Shown: positions 8,579-19,730, counted from the stretch's first letter. The stretch: DNA of 64,000 nt from Alphaproteobacteria bacterium (GCA_965262615.1 OZ253545.1:640001-704000), one strand, 5' to 3'. The notes: generated from the sequence alone by a model not told the origin. Program-made: numbers and translations.

Positions 8579-11500
8579 CCACAACCCAGCTGCGCGACGA
8601 TGAAGCCATCGCCATCGCGCAGTCATCGGGCGATGTGGTCATTTTGTCGGCTGCCGACAGTGATTTATCCTTGTTGGCGCGAGCCAAACAAAAAGCACCC
8701 GACTTGAATCATGTGCGGGTGCGTCTGTTCAATTATGGCGCATTGTCTCATCCGTTGTCGGTGGATGATTACATGGGATGTGTGGTGCAAGAGGCGCGTT
8801 TTGTGGCGGTGCGATTGCTGGGAGGCATTGCCTCGTGGTCTTACGGCGTGGAGTGTTTGCAAGCGTGGGCAGCACATAACAACAGGATGTTGGTGTTGCT
8901 CAGTGGAGATGGCTCGGCGGGTGACGACTTGCACGCACAAGGAACGGTGACAGCAACGCAGCATGAGCGGCTTGCCGCCTATCTCAATCAAGGGGGCGAG
9001 GCGAATGCTCTGGCGTTCTTGCGGTATGTTTGCGGTCTCATGGATGGAGCGATTGGCGATGATGTGCCGCCGCCGCAAGAGCAACCACAGCTGGGGATTT
9101 TTTGCGAGACCGAGACTCAATTGGGAGCGGGCACATTGGGGCGAGCATTCATCATTGCCTACGGCGCGCATGTGCGGGCGGGTGACACCGCACATCTTGA
9201 ATCATTGGTGACCCATTTGCAGCAGCAAAAGATTGCCGCTCATGTGCTCTATGTGCGTTCTCTCAAGGATGATGAATCGGCGGCATTTCTCAAGGATTAC
9301 GGCATCAAATATCCGCCTCATGTTATCATCACCACGACGGGCTTTGCCGCCTCGTCCTTTGGCGATGGTGATGGCGGCATTGTGGGATCATTTGGCGTTC
9401 CCGTGTTGCAGGCGGTGGCGTGTGGGCAATCATTGGAGGCATGGCGCGACCAAGCGGTGGGATTGCTCTCGCGCGACATCGCTATGCAGGTGGCATTGCC
9501 AGAAGTGGATGGACGCATCATCGCACCATTGATTTCTCACAAGCAAGAATTCACCTTCGCCGAAGAAGTGGATGCCGCACTCACGCAGTATGCCCCCTAT
9601 GAAGAGGGGATTGCGACATTGGCGCGTCTGACACGGCGATGGGTGACGCTGCAACAAAAGCCTCAGGATGCGTGTCGCATTGCCATCATTCTTGCCAATG
9701 TGCCTCATTCTGATGGCAGAATTGCTAATGGGGTTGGACTCAACACGCCGGCATCCTTGCATCATATCATTGAGCACTTGGGCGAGCAGGGATATGACAT
9801 CGGCACGCCGCCAGCCTCTGTGCCAGAGTGGATGGATGTCATCAAGAGCGGCATCACCAATGAGCATGGAAAAAAAAACAAAGAGATTCGTCATTCATTT
9901 CCTTTGGCTGCGTATGCTTCTTGTTTTGCGCGTCTGCCGTGTGATGTGCAGCGTCAGGTGACGGAGCGTTGGGGCGAGCCTCATGAGGATGCCTTTGTGC
10001 GTGATGATGCTCTGGCATTGCCGGTGTCTGTTTTTGGCAATGTGGCGGTTGCCATTCAGCCTGCGCGTGATGCAGCAGTGATGGATACGCAACGCTATCA
10101 TGACCCTCTCGTGCCGCCGCCTCATGGGTATTACGGATTTTATGCGTGGCTCAAGGATGTGTTCAAAGCCGATGCGGTGATTCATTTGGGCAAACACGGC
10201 ACGCTGGAGTGGCTGCCGGGCAAGGGGGTGGGGCTGTCGGCTTCGTGCTACCCATCGTTATTGATGGGAGACATGCCCCATGTGTATCCTTTTATTGTCA
10301 ATGACCCTGGCGAGGGCAGTCAGGCAAAGAGGCGCGCTGCTGCCGTGATTGTGGATCACATGACGCCCCCCATGATGACTGCGGAACTGTACGGCTCCCT
10401 TAATGAATTGGAAGCTCTTGCCGATGAGTATGAACAGGCGGCGCGGCTGCATCCCCATCGCTTGCCCACCTTGGCGCGAGCATTGCGTGATGCCGCCAGC
10501 AAGAGCGGCATCGCACAAGAGTGTGACCTCACCAATGAGATGAAAGATAATGATTGGCTGGATGCCATTGACCGTCATTTGTGCGTGATCAAAGAGACAC
10601 AAATTCGCGGCGGTTTGCATATCTATGGTGCGCCCATGAAAAAAGAAGAAGAGGGCGAGCATTTATACGCCTTGACGCGGCTGCCTCGCGGTGACAAAGG
10701 CGATTCTCTTCTTCGAGCAATGGCAGGCGATTGTGGCATGGCGTTTGACCCATTGTTGCCCAGTGACCAATTGAGTGCGCGCTGGAGTGATGCCAAACCG
10801 CCTTTGTTGGAGGCGGTGTTGTCTCGTCCGTTGCGGCGGCTGGCGGATGGGGTGGAGGCACTGCGTGTGTTGGGGTGTCAGTTTTTAACAAAGGCGCGCT
10901 CAGTGCCGTCTGATTGGCATCGCACGGCGCGCGTGTTGGCTGAGGTGGATGATGTCATTCGTCCAAAATTGAAATTGTGTCCGCACCATGAGATGACGCA
11001 TTTGGTGTGGGGTTTGCAGGGGCGATTTGTGCCTCCTGGTCCTGCGGGTGCACCCTCACGAGGACGCTTGGATGTTCTGCCCACAGGACGCAATTTTTAC
11101 AGTCTTGATCCCAGACGCATCCCCACAGCCGCCGCCTATCGCTTGGGGAAAAAATCCGCCGAGCTGTTGATTGAAGACTACTGCCAGCGCACAGGAGACA
11201 TGCCGCGTCAATTGGCTCTGTCGGTCTGGGGAACTTCCAACATGCGCACCGGTGGCGAAGATATATCACAGGCACTGGCACTGATGGGGGTTGCGCCGTG
11301 TTGGGATGAAGTCTCGCGGCGATTGACTCATTTTGAAATTATTCCCCAATCGGTGCTGGGGCGACCACGGGTGGATGTCATGCTGCGTATATCGGGATTT
11401 TTTCGTGACGCATTCTCCCACCTCATCCATCTGTTTGCCGATGCCGTCACCGCTCTGGCTCAGCAGTCTCATGAAGATGACAGTGACAATCCCATCAAAG

Positions 11501-12273
11501 CTCACAGCAATGCTTTGACTTCCCACTTGACGGCAGAAGGCATGGGACAAAATCAGGCATGGCAATTGGCGACCTTGCGGGTGTTTGGGTCAGCACCCAA
11601 CACTTATGGCGCAGCCATTGACCGCCTCATTGATAGCGGCAATTGGCAAAGCACCAGCGACATCGCCGACCAGTGGATTGATTGGGCAAGTTACGGCTAC
11701 AGTCGCCATCATCATGGCAGTCAAGCCAAATCAATTGTGCAACACCAATTGGCGCGCGTGGATGGGGTCATTCACAATCAAGACAACAGGGAGCACGATG
11801 TGTTGGACTCTGACGATTATTACCAATTCTGTGGCGGCATGACCGCCGCCGTCACCCAGCAAAAGGGAAGCGAGCCTCTGGTGTATCACAATGACCATTC
11901 CAATGTGGAATATCCTCTCATTCAATCGTTGGCACAGGAGATCAATCGCACGGTGCGAGCCCGTGCCGCCAATCCCAAATGGCTTGGTCGCATCATGCAG
12001 CACGGTTACAAGGGGGCGTTTGAAATCGCCGCCACGGTGGATTATCTTTTCGCCTTTGCTGCCACCACATCGGCTGTTTCATCCCATCATTTCACCTTGC
12101 TCTTTGAGGCGTATGTTGCCGATGACGAGGTGCGTCAATTCATGCAAAAAGCCAATCCCGATGCGTTTGATTCTATGGTGGCGCGTTTTCAAGAAGCCGT
12201 CGCTCGCAATCTATGGCAGCCTCACAGCAATCATGTTCCCATCACTCTTGACAGATGGCAAGGATTAGCGTGA
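8566..12273 (+). CDS. cobN: Cobaltochelatase subunit CobN
   Basis: 1235 aa with LSAADSDL, LPEVDGRI, HLGKHGTLEWLPGK, LPTGRNFY, DSDDYYQ and HGYKGAFE. Confidence 0.97.
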   Translation: MHLLTTTQLRDDEAIAIAQSSGDVVILSAADSDLSLLARAKQKAPDLNHVRVRLFNYGALSHPLSVDDYMGCVVQEARFVAVRLLGGIASWSYGVECLQAWAAHNNRMLVLLSGDGSAGDDLHAQGTVTATQHERLAAYLNQGGEANALAFLRYVCGLMDGAIGDDVPPPQEQPQLGIFCETETQLGAGTLGRAFIIAYGAHVRAGDTAHLESLVTHLQQQKIAAHVLYVRSLKDDESAAFLKDYGIKYPPHVIITTTGFAASSFGDGDGGIVGSFGVPVLQAVACGQSLEAWRDQAVGLLSRDIAMQVALPEVDGRIIAPLISHKQEFTFAEEVDAALTQYAPYEEGIATLARLTRRWVTLQQKPQDACRIAIILANVPHSDGRIANGVGLNTPASLHHIIEHLGEQGYDIGTPPASVPEWMDVIKSGITNEHGKKNKEIRHSFPLAAYASCFARLPCDVQRQVTERWGEPHEDAFVRDDALALPVSVFGNVAVAIQPARDAAVMDTQRYHDPLVPPPHGYYGFYAWLKDVFKADAVIHLGKHGTLEWLPGKGVGLSASCYPSLLMGDMPHVYPFIVNDPGEGSQAKRRAAAVIVDHMTPPMMTAELYGSLNELEALADEYEQAARLHPHRLPTLARALRDAASKSGIAQECDLTNEMKDNDWLDAIDRHLCVIKETQIRGGLHIYGAPMKKEEEGEHLYALTRLPRGDKGDSLLRAMAGDCGMAFDPLLPSDQLSARWSDAKPPLLEAVLSRPLRRLADGVEALRVLGCQFLTKARSVPSDWHRTARVLAEVDDVIRPKLKLCPHHEMTHLVWGLQGRFVPPGPAGAPSRGRLDVLPTGRNFYSLDPRRIPTAAAYRLGKKSAELLIEDYCQRTGDMPRQLALSVWGTSNMRTGGEDISQALALMGVAPCWDEVSRRLTHFEIIPQSVLGRPRVDVMLRISGFFRDAFSHLIHLFADAVTALAQQSHEDDSDNPIKAHSNALTSHLTAEGMGQNQAWQLATLRVFGSAPNTYGAAIDRLIDSGNWQSTSDIADQWIDWASYGYSRHHHGSQAKSIVQHQLARVDGVIHNQDNREHDVLDSDDYYQFCGGMTAAVTQQKGSEPLVYHNDHSNVEYPLIQSLAQEINRTVRARAANPKWLGRIMQHGYKGAFEIAATVDYLFAFAATTSAVSSHHFTLLFEAYVADDEVRQFMQKANPDAFDSMVARFQEAVARNLWQPHSNHVPITLDRWQGLA

Positions 12274-12908
12274 ATTCACATATCATGAATGAGGATTTTG
12301 CCAGAGCCAATGAGCGCGCCCGCAAGCGAAAGATCGCGCAAGATAAAGAAGTCGCCGCCAAGAAAAAAACAGGCGGAGTATTGATTGTCTATACAGGAGC
12401 GGGAAAGGGAAAATCCACCGCCGCTTTTGGTCTGCTCACACGGGCACTGGGGCATGGACTCAAAATCGCCGTTGTTCAATTCACCAAAGGAAAGTGGAGC
12501 ACGGGCGAGCGACTGTTCTTTCAGCAGCCTCACCTCAAGGACAACATCGCCTTTTTCTCTATGGGAGACGGATTCACATGGGAGACTCAAGACAAGGCGC
12601 AAGACATTGACAAGGCACAAGCGGCTTGGCAAAAAGCCGTCTCATTGATTGAGGAGGCGCGCGCGACGCCGCCTCGCTGGAATGTTATTTTGTTGGACGA
12701 ATTGAATCATATTTTGCGTTATGGCTATCTGGATGAGACGATGGTGCTGGATGCCTTGCGGAATCGTCCTGCTGGTTTGCATGTGGTGGTCACGGGGCGC
12801 AGCGCGCTGGCATCACTCATTGACATGGCAGACACCGTGACCGAGATGAAAAACATTCATCACGCCTATCAAAAAGGCTTTCGGGCACAAAAGGGAATTG
12901 AGTTTTAG
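12255..12908 (+). CDS. cobO: Cob(I)yrinic acid a,c-diamide adenosyltransferase
   Basis: YTGAGKGKSTAAFG, GFTWETQ, ILLDE, TGR and AQKGIEF. The start could instead be 12285. Confidence 0.95.
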   Translation: MARISVNSHIMNEDFARANERARKRKIAQDKEVAAKKKTGGVLIVYTGAGKGKSTAAFGLLTRALGHGLKIAVVQFTKGKWSTGERLFFQQPHLKDNIAFFSMGDGFTWETQDKAQDIDKAQAAWQKAVSLIEEARATPPRWNVILLDELNHILRYGYLDETMVLDALRNRPAGLHVVVTGRSALASLIDMADTVTEMKNIHHAYQKGFRAQKGIEF

Positions 12909-12910
12909 TC

Positions 12911-14416
12911 ATGCGCCGTTTGCGTCATACAAAAATTCTTGCCACTTTGGGCCCTGCCTCTTCGGATGCCGCCACCATTGAGTCACTCTATGTGGCGGGT
13001 GCGGATTTGTTTCGTTTCAATTTCAGTCATGGCACGCACGAGGAGCATCAGCATCGCTTTGAGCTGGTGCGAGACTTGGAGAAGCGGTTGCAGCGTCCCA
13101 TTGGCGTGATTGCCGACTTGCAGGGTCCCAAATTGCGTTTGGGAGTCTTTGCCGAGAAATCCGTCTTGCTGCGTTCGGGACAGGAGTTTCGTCTGGATAG
13201 CGATGATGCACTGGGCGATGAGCAGCGCGTCTGCTTGCCTCACAAAGAAATTATTGAATCCATGCAGCCAGGCAGTGACCTATTGCTGGATGACGGCAAA
13301 CTTCGCCTCAAGGTGGTGCGGGCAGGGGCGAATTTCCTTGACACCAAAGTGGTGATTGGCGGCGAGATTTCATCAAACAAAGGGGTCAATGTGCTGGACA
13401 CCATTTTGAATCGCCCCGTGCTGACCGACAAGGATCGCAAAGATTGCGAATTTGCCATTCAGCTGGGATGTGATTTTATCGCCTTGTCGTTTGTGCAGTC
13501 TCCTGAGGATGTGGAGTCATTGCGGCGTTTGACCAAAGGGCGCATTCACATCATGACCAAGATGGAAAAACCCAGTGCCATTGAGCGCATGCAAGAGATT
13601 ATTGCGGTGTCCGATGCGGTGATGGTGGCGCGAGGCGATTTGGGCGTGGAGCTGCCTCCCGAAGAAGTTCCCATTCAGCAAAAGCGTCTGATCAGTGCGT
13701 GTCGCGAGGCCGGCAAGCCTGTGGTGGTGGCGACTCACATGCTGGATTCCATGGTGCACGCACCGCAACCCACGCGAGCCGAAGCATCTGATGTGGCAAC
13801 CGCGGTCTATGATGGTGCGGATGCCGTCACCCTATCGGCAGAGACGGCGGCGGGCAAGTATTGTCGTGAGTCGGTGGCGATGATGGATCGCATCATTTGT
13901 CGTGTGGAGGAACACGCTTTGTATCGTCAGATTTTGAAAAATTGGCATCCGCCGCCACAGGCGACCGTGTCCGATGCGGTCAGCATTGCGGCGGCGGGAG
14001 CGGCAGAGACATTGCAAGCACAGGTGATGGTCACCTTTACCAAAACCGGTTCAACGGCTCTGTTGGCATCCCGTGAGCGTCCATCACTGGGAATTCTGGG
14101 ACTCACCGCCGACCTGCACACGGCGCGCCGCCTTAATATTGCCTGGGGAGTCTATCCGGTGGTGGAGGCAGAGGTGGAGAATTTTTCCGACATGGTGGAT
14201 AAAGCCTGTCGCGCCGTGTTCAGGGAGCAGATGGCACAAGTGGGCGATGTCATCGTGGTGACGGCAGGCGTTCCTTTTGGCACGGCGGGCTCAACAAATG
14301 TGGTGCGCATTGCCCATGTGGAGCAGCATCATGCCGATGCCGTTCGCAAAGAGCCTCATCATAAAGGAGTGGCGGACGCGAGCGACCATCGCCAGCTGCA
14401 CAGCAAGAATAATTAG
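12911..14416 (+). CDS. pyk: Pyruvate kinase
   Basis: [36 protein letters not shown] and [10 protein letters not shown]. Confidence 0.97.
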   Translation: MRRLRHTKILATLGPASSDAATIESLYVAGADLFRFNFSHGTHEEHQHRFELVRDLEKRLQRPIGVIADLQGPKLRLGVFAEKSVLLRSGQEFRLDSDDALGDEQRVCLPHKEIIESMQPGSDLLLDDGKLRLKVVRAGANFLDTKVVIGGEISSNKGVNVLDTILNRPVLTDKDRKDCEFAIQLGCDFIALSFVQSPEDVESLRRLTKGRIHIMTKMEKPSAIERMQEIIAVSDAVMVARGDLGVELPPEEVPIQQKRLISACREAGKPVVVATHMLDSMVHAPQPTRAEASDVATAVYDGADAVTLSAETAAGKYCRESVAMMDRIICRVEEHALYRQILKNWHPPPQATVSDAVSIAAAGAAETLQAQVMVTFTKTGSTALLASRERPSLGILGLTADLHTARRLNIAWGVYPVVEAEVENFSDMVDKACRAVFREQMAQVGDVIVVTAGVPFGTAGSTNVVRIAHVEQHHADAVRKEPHHKGVADASDHRQLHSKNN

Positions 14417-14538
14417 CCCTGACGCGCCTTAAAGCGAGGCTGCAACTTATTGATCACATACAAGCGTCCCTTGCGGCGCACCACACGGCACGCTCTATGA
14501 CGCTGTTTGGCTGACTTCAGTGAATTGAGAACTTTCAT
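14413..14538 (-). CDS. rpmJ: 50S ribosomal protein L36 (Zn-free 41-aa type); absent from the ORF track
   Basis: Manual translation gives [41 protein letters not shown]. Its stop overlaps the pyk stop. Confidence 0.95.
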   Translation of the reverse strand: MKVLNSLKSAKQRHRACRVVRRKGRLYVINKLQPRFKARQG

Positions 14539-14545
14539 GCTCGCC

Positions 14546-14574
14546 ATTCTATCCCATCCCTTTGGTGAAGACAA
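14546..14574 (-). promoter_or_regulatory. Sigma70-type promoter of rpmJ (leaderless geometry)
   Basis: TTGTCT-N17-TAGAAT, then 7 nt to the ATG. Confidence 0.6.
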
Positions 14575-14622
14575 GGTCACTTCTCTCTTGAGTCAGACGG
14601 TTTTTGGGAGCATGATAGAAAT

Positions 14623-15447
14623 ATGAGTCGGCAGCAAGTGAGCAAAAACAAAGAGGGCATCACTCTGCACAGTGCGCAGGATTTTCAAGCCATGCGCGCC
14701 AGTGGAGCCCTTGCCGCCGCCTGTCTTGATGCCGTCACTGAGATTATTGAAGAGGGAGTCACCACCAATCAGATTAATCAATTGTGTCATGATTTTATTG
14801 TGCGTCATCATGCCACGCCCGCGCCTCTTCATTACAAGGGCTACCCTAAATCTGTGTGCACATCTGTTAATTATGAGGTGTGTCATGGCATTCCCAATGA
14901 TCATCCGTTGCGGCGAGGCGATATTCTCAATGTGGATGTCACCGTCATTCACGAGGGATGGTATGGTGATAGCAGCCGCATGTTTGTCGTGGGAGATTGG
15001 CGCGCGCTGCCATCACAGACACAAAAACTCATCACCATCACCCATGATGCCCTGATGCGCGCCATTGATACCGTGCGAGAGGGCAGCTATCTGGGGGACA
15101 TCGGCTCAGCCATTCAATCTTTGGTGGAAGCCGAAGGATTTTCGGTGGTGCGAGAATTTTGCGGACACGGATTGGGCAGAGTCTTTCACGATGCGCCGCA
15201 AGTGGTTCATTTTGGCAAGCACGGCACGGGTTTGCGTTTGCAAGAAGGGATGTTTTTTACCATTGAGCCCATGATTAATGTGGGCGCGCCCGCCGTCACC
15301 ATTCTCAAAGACGGTTGGACGGCGATCACCAGAGACCGCAGCTTGTCGGCGCAATTTGAGCATTCCATTGGCGTGACCTCACACGGTGCAGAAATTTTCA
15401 CCGCCTCAGCCAAAGGATGGCATCAGCCGCCCTACACGCAATCATGA
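14623..15447 (+). CDS. map: Methionine aminopeptidase type I
   Basis: CHGIP, GDILNVDVT, GDSSR, CGHGLG, FFTIEPMIN and SAQFEH. Confidence 0.97.
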   Translation: MSRQQVSKNKEGITLHSAQDFQAMRASGALAAACLDAVTEIIEEGVTTNQINQLCHDFIVRHHATPAPLHYKGYPKSVCTSVNYEVCHGIPNDHPLRRGDILNVDVTVIHEGWYGDSSRMFVVGDWRALPSQTQKLITITHDALMRAIDTVREGSYLGDIGSAIQSLVEAEGFSVVREFCGHGLGRVFHDAPQVVHFGKHGTGLRLQEGMFFTIEPMINVGAPAVTILKDGWTAITRDRSLSAQFEHSIGVTSHGAEIFTASAKGWHQPPYTQS

Positions 15448-16877
15448 CGGCGCAAACAGAGGGCAAAGCAAAATGGCACAAAGGACATCGCCAGCGAGTC
15501 ATTGAGCGAATTGGAAAAGAAAATCTGCAAGCCATGCGGGACTATGAACTGCTGGAGGCACTGCTCTTTTTCTCAATACCCCAAAGAGACACCAAAGGCA
15601 TCGCCAAAGATTTGCTTGCTCTCAGTGGAAACTCATTATGGAAACTTTTCACTATGGAGAGTGCCAAACGGGCGGATGTTAAATTTGTGGCGGAAAAGAC
15701 CAATAAATTATTGACCATTGTGCGTGAGGTAGGGATGCTCATGGCACAGGAGCAAAGTCACCATCAACAGCCATTGATGGACAGTCTGGAAGCCATTGTG
15801 ACATATTGTCGCCACAATATGACTGTCGATGGCAATCAATTTTTTCTTGTGTTGTATGTGGATCACAAAAATCGCCTCATCACCCATGAACGGATGGAGC
15901 ACAAAAAGACACGAAATCATTGTGCGTTATTGCGTCATGTTGTGAAGCAGTCGTTCATTTATGATGGCACTGCTGTTGTGTTGGCGCGCTATGATACGGC
16001 ACAGCACATCGTTCCCACAGAGCATGATATTGCCATGATGCATGCCATCACAGAGCCATTGCGAGAGATGGCTATTGGTTGTGTGGATTATGTGATTGTC
16101 AATCGGCGAGGGCACTATAGTTGGAATCACAGCGTCAATATCAAGATGCAAGACCAAGCCGTGCTGATGGAAAATACGGCACACGATGATTCAGACCTTT
16201 ACGAGTGGCATGATGATGACGACAATGAAGAAATGCCATTGGCGATGGATGATGCTGTCACGGCATCAGAGGAAGATCTGCTTCATGCTTTATTATTTTT
16301 AGTGACGAAATCGTCGGCGGCGGAAGAGATGGCGCGCGCCATGCTGTCATCATTCAACGGCTCACTTGCTCATATGGTGTATGCCTCAACACAAGAGCGC
16401 GTGGCACGAGGAATCACCCATGCACGCATCAATGTATTGCTCAATTTGATTGGTGAGTTATCACGGCGCATGGCACACGAGCAGATGAAAAGTCATGGAC
16501 ATTCACTGATGAGTGGCTTTGACGAATTGATTCAGTATTGTCGCGCCAACATTGGTCATAAACGGACGGAATGTTTTCATGTGTTGTATCTGGATCACAA
16601 GAAGCGTTTGATTACCGATGCCATGCTGGCACAAGGGGAAGCAACAAAGGTGAGTTTTTCCCTGCGAGATTTGACGAAACAGGCACTCATTCACGATGCG
16701 CGAGGGTTGGTGATGGTTCATAATCATCCCAGCGGACAAGCCAAGCCCTCCCGTGACGATGTTCATGTAACGCAAAAAATTAGAAAGAAGTTGCAGCTGT
16801 TAGGGATTGTGCTGTTGGATCACATCATTATCACTCGCAAAGATTATTACAGTTTTGAGCAAGACGGGTTGTTGTGA
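15444..16877 (+). CDS. radC: RadC/JAB-family protein with two tandem RadC modules
   Basis: N-terminal GHRQR...DYELLE.LLF..IP.RDTK. The C-terminal module has an intact VHNHPSG..KPS.DD and LLDHIII; the first module has a degenerate motif. Confidence 0.85.
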   Translation: MTAQTEGKAKWHKGHRQRVIERIGKENLQAMRDYELLEALLFFSIPQRDTKGIAKDLLALSGNSLWKLFTMESAKRADVKFVAEKTNKLLTIVREVGMLMAQEQSHHQQPLMDSLEAIVTYCRHNMTVDGNQFFLVLYVDHKNRLITHERMEHKKTRNHCALLRHVVKQSFIYDGTAVVLARYDTAQHIVPTEHDIAMMHAITEPLREMAIGCVDYVIVNRRGHYSWNHSVNIKMQDQAVLMENTAHDDSDLYEWHDDDDNEEMPLAMDDAVTASEEDLLHALLFLVTKSSAAEEMARAMLSSFNGSLAHMVYASTQERVARGITHARINVLLNLIGELSRRMAHEQMKSHGHSLMSGFDELIQYCRANIGHKRTECFHVLYLDHKKRLITDAMLAQGEATKVSFSLRDLTKQALIHDARGLVMVHNHPSGQAKPSRDDVHVTQKIRKKLQLLGIVLLDHIIITRKDYYSFEQDGLL

Positions 16878-16878
16878 G

Positions 16879-17592
16879 ATGCGTTTTTCTCCGCCACTGG
16901 TTGAGGCTCGCCTGTTGCGCCGTTATAAGCGATTTTTGGCGGATATGCGTCTGGCGGATGGACAGGAGGTTGTGGCGCACTGTCCTAATCCGGGGGCGAT
17001 GACGGGCTTATCGGATGAGGGACAGCGATGCTGGTTGCGCTTTGATGATGCGCCGCATCGCCGCTTGTCTTGGAGCTGGATTTTCAGTGAGCAAGGGGAC
17101 TCTCTGGTGGGGGTTCATACCATGATGGCAAATCAGCTGGCGATGGAAGCCATTGACAATCAGTCATTGGATTGTTTTGCCCAGATGAGCGTTCTTAAAA
17201 AAGAGCCGCGTCTTGATGATGCATCAGTGCGGCTGGATTTTTTGTTGTGCGATTCAGATGGCGAGCAGATTTATTTGGAAGTCAAGAGTGTCACTCTGGC
17301 ACAACAAGAAGACGGCAGACGAGTTGCGCTGTTTCCCGATGCCGTCACCAAGAGAGGCGCAAAACACATGAAGACGCTGGCATCTTTGGCGCGGCAACAA
17401 AAGAAAAGCATGGTGTTGTTTGTCATTCAGCGTTGCGACTGCGATGCCTTTCGCAGTCATGATGCTTTGGATGCGGCGTATGGTGCATCATTGCGTGAGG
17501 CGCGAGCGGCGGGGGTGCATATTGTCGCCGCTTCTTGTATGGTGACCCCTGAGCACATTGCCCTTGCGCGAACGACACATATTCAATGGTGA
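16879..17592 (+). CDS. sfsA: DNA/RNA nuclease SfsA
   Basis: RRYKRFLAD, HCPNPGAM, RLDF, EVKSVTL and FPDAVTKRGAKH. Confidence 0.95.
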   Translation: MRFSPPLVEARLLRRYKRFLADMRLADGQEVVAHCPNPGAMTGLSDEGQRCWLRFDDAPHRRLSWSWIFSEQGDSLVGVHTMMANQLAMEAIDNQSLDCFAQMSVLKKEPRLDDASVRLDFLLCDSDGEQIYLEVKSVTLAQQEDGRRVALFPDAVTKRGAKHMKTLASLARQQKKSMVLFVIQRCDCDAFRSHDALDAAYGASLREARAAGVHIVAASCMVTPEHIALARTTHIQW

Positions 17593-17598
17593 CATGAC

Positions 17599-18336
17599 AT
17601 GACAATCAAGATTGTGACAGCCGCCGTGGTCATCATAGGCAATGAGATTTTGTCAGGCAGAACGCAAGACACCAACATCAATGACATTGCCACCGCCATG
17701 ACGGCGCGCGGGATTTCCTTGCGAGAGGTTCGCATTGTTGCCGATGACCACGATGCCATTCGTGACACTGTGCAAGAGATGGCGCGCCGCTATGATTATG
17801 TGGTGACCACGGGTGGCATTGGTCCCACTCATGATGACATCACCGCCGCCGCCATTGCCGATGCCTTTGATGATGAATTGTTGCTCAATGAGGAGGCTCA
17901 TCGTTTGTTGCAGGAACACTATGGTGACAATCTCAATGAGGCGCGTTTGCGCATGGCGCATCTTCCCACAAAGGCGCGCCTTATTGATAATCCCGTGAGT
18001 CGCGCCCCGGGGTTTTATGTGAACAATGTGTTTGTGCTGGCGGGCGTGCCTGTCATCATGCGGGCAATGCTGGAGCATGTGATGCAATTGATGGCGGGGG
18101 GTGATGTCAAGCGGGTGGTCACTTTGTCATTTAACATTGCGGAGGGGGAACTGGCGCAGGGACTGGCATCATTGCAAGAGAGGTTTGCCGATGTGGAAAT
18201 CGGCTCGTATCCGTGGTTCAAGAAGGCATCGTTGGGGGTGCATCTGGTGTTGCGTTCTTATGATGAGACGGCACTGCACGCGTGCGCGCGCGAAATAGAG
18301 CAACTCGCCGACACAAAGATGCTTGACGAATCGTGA
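17599..18336 (+). CDS. CinA-like molybdopterin-binding protein
   Basis: IIGNEILSGRTQDTN, GGIGPTHDDIT, AGVP and IGSYP. Confidence 0.9.
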   Translation: MTIKIVTAAVVIIGNEILSGRTQDTNINDIATAMTARGISLREVRIVADDHDAIRDTVQEMARRYDYVVTTGGIGPTHDDITAAAIADAFDDELLLNEEAHRLLQEHYGDNLNEARLRMAHLPTKARLIDNPVSRAPGFYVNNVFVLAGVPVIMRAMLEHVMQLMAGGDVKRVVTLSFNIAEGELAQGLASLQERFADVEIGSYPWFKKASLGVHLVLRSYDETALHACAREIEQLADTKMLDES

Positions 18337-18369
18337 GGCGCGTGTCTCAATTGTTATAGAGAGGATGAG

Positions 18370-19380
18370 ATGACGAAATTTGCCATCAATGGATTTGGGC
18401 GCATCGGACGATTGGTGCTGAGAGCCTTTTTTGAAAAAAAGAGACAAGGTGTCGCACTGCCGTTCACCATTGATGCGGTCAATGATTTGGCATCGCTGGA
18501 GCAGTGTGCTCATTTGTTTAACTACGACAGCGTGCACGGACGCTGGTCGCCGCAGGCGGTCATGGAAAAAGAAGGACTGCGGGTGGATGACAATTTCATT
18601 CATTTTTGCCAAGAGAAAAACCCAGCTCAATTGCCGTGGGGCAAGCGGGATGTTTCATTGGTTTTGGAGTGCAGTGGTGTCTTTACCAGCAAAGACAAAG
18701 CTGCATTGCATTGTGAGGCGGGCGCGGCGCGCGTGTTGGTATCTGCGCCCGCCAGCGAGGCTGATTTGACGGTGGTGTATGGTGTCAATCATGGCTCTTT
18801 GCGACAAGACCATGTGATTGTCTCCAACGCCTCATGCACCACCAATTGCCTTGCGCCGGTGGTGCATGTGTTGGATGAAGCGTTTGGGGTTTCCTACGGG
18901 ACGATGACCACCATTCACTCCTACACGGGGGATCAAAACACGGTGGATCAGTTGCATAGGGATGTGCGCCGTGCGCGGGCGGCGGCTCTTTCTATGATTC
19001 CCACCAGCACGGGTGCGGCAAAGGCGGTGGGTGAGGTTCTGCCTCATTTGCGAGGACGCATTGATGGCTCGGCGGTGCGTGTGCCCACGCCCAATGTCTC
19101 GTTGGTGGATTTTGTCTGTGTGGTGAAGAAAAAAGCAGACACTGAATCGTTGACGCGAGCCATGAAGGAGGCGGCGCAAGGTGCTTTGCGGGATGTTTTG
19201 GTGGTGAATGATGTGCCACTGGTCTCATCGGATTTCAATCACAGCACGGCGAGCGCAACGGTGGACAGTCACGAATTGCGGGTGATGGGAGGGAATTTGT
19301 GTCGGGTGTTGGCGTGGTATGACAACGAGTGGGGCTTTGCCAATAGGATGGTGGATGTGGCGAGTCTCATGACACCATGA
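18370..19380 (+). CDS. gap: Glyceraldehyde-3-phosphate dehydrogenase type I
   Basis: INGFGRIGR, SNASCTTNCLAP, IPTSTGAAKAV and WYDNEWG. Confidence 0.97.
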   Translation: MTKFAINGFGRIGRLVLRAFFEKKRQGVALPFTIDAVNDLASLEQCAHLFNYDSVHGRWSPQAVMEKEGLRVDDNFIHFCQEKNPAQLPWGKRDVSLVLECSGVFTSKDKAALHCEAGAARVLVSAPASEADLTVVYGVNHGSLRQDHVIVSNASCTTNCLAPVVHVLDEAFGVSYGTMTTIHSYTGDQNTVDQLHRDVRRARAAALSMIPTSTGAAKAVGEVLPHLRGRIDGSAVRVPTPNVSLVDFVCVVKKKADTESLTRAMKEAAQGALRDVLVVNDVPLVSSDFNHSTASATVDSHELRVMGGNLCRVLAWYDNEWGFANRMVDVASLMTP

Positions 19381-19730
19381 CGGGGTCTTGTTTTTTTGTG
19401 GCGTGTGATGCGCGCGGCGCGCGTGAAACTTTGAAGCGCGGTCAGGAATGTGGATGCGAATGGTTCGTGATGAGTCCGTTCGGCACGGCGGGGGGCGGTG
19501 TCGGATGGTTTGTGGCGTTGTTAAGGGTGCATGATATTGGCATGGAGCGAGGAATTATCCACTGCGGGACGCAGCGCGGCATGGCACTGGAGGCTCTGGC
19601 GGCAGGATTCAAGACCATTGTCTGTTTGTCTCCATCACCAGCTCTGCGGTCATTGGCGGCGGCGTATGACGCCACACTGCTCAGCGAGCCTCCCGTTTGC
19701 GATGGTTGCCGCCGGTGCCGTGATGAGTGA
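19377..19730 (+). CDS. Small hypothetical protein
   Basis: Overlaps both gap and thiE. Contains GVGWF and HCG..RGMALEALAAG, resembling small conserved alphaproteobacterial proteins seen near gap/thiE. Confidence 0.6.
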   Translation: MTGSCFFVACDARGARETLKRGQECGCEWFVMSPFGTAGGGVGWFVALLRVHDIGMERGIIHCGTQRGMALEALAAGFKTIVCLSPSPALRSLAAAYDATLLSEPPVCDGCRRCRDE

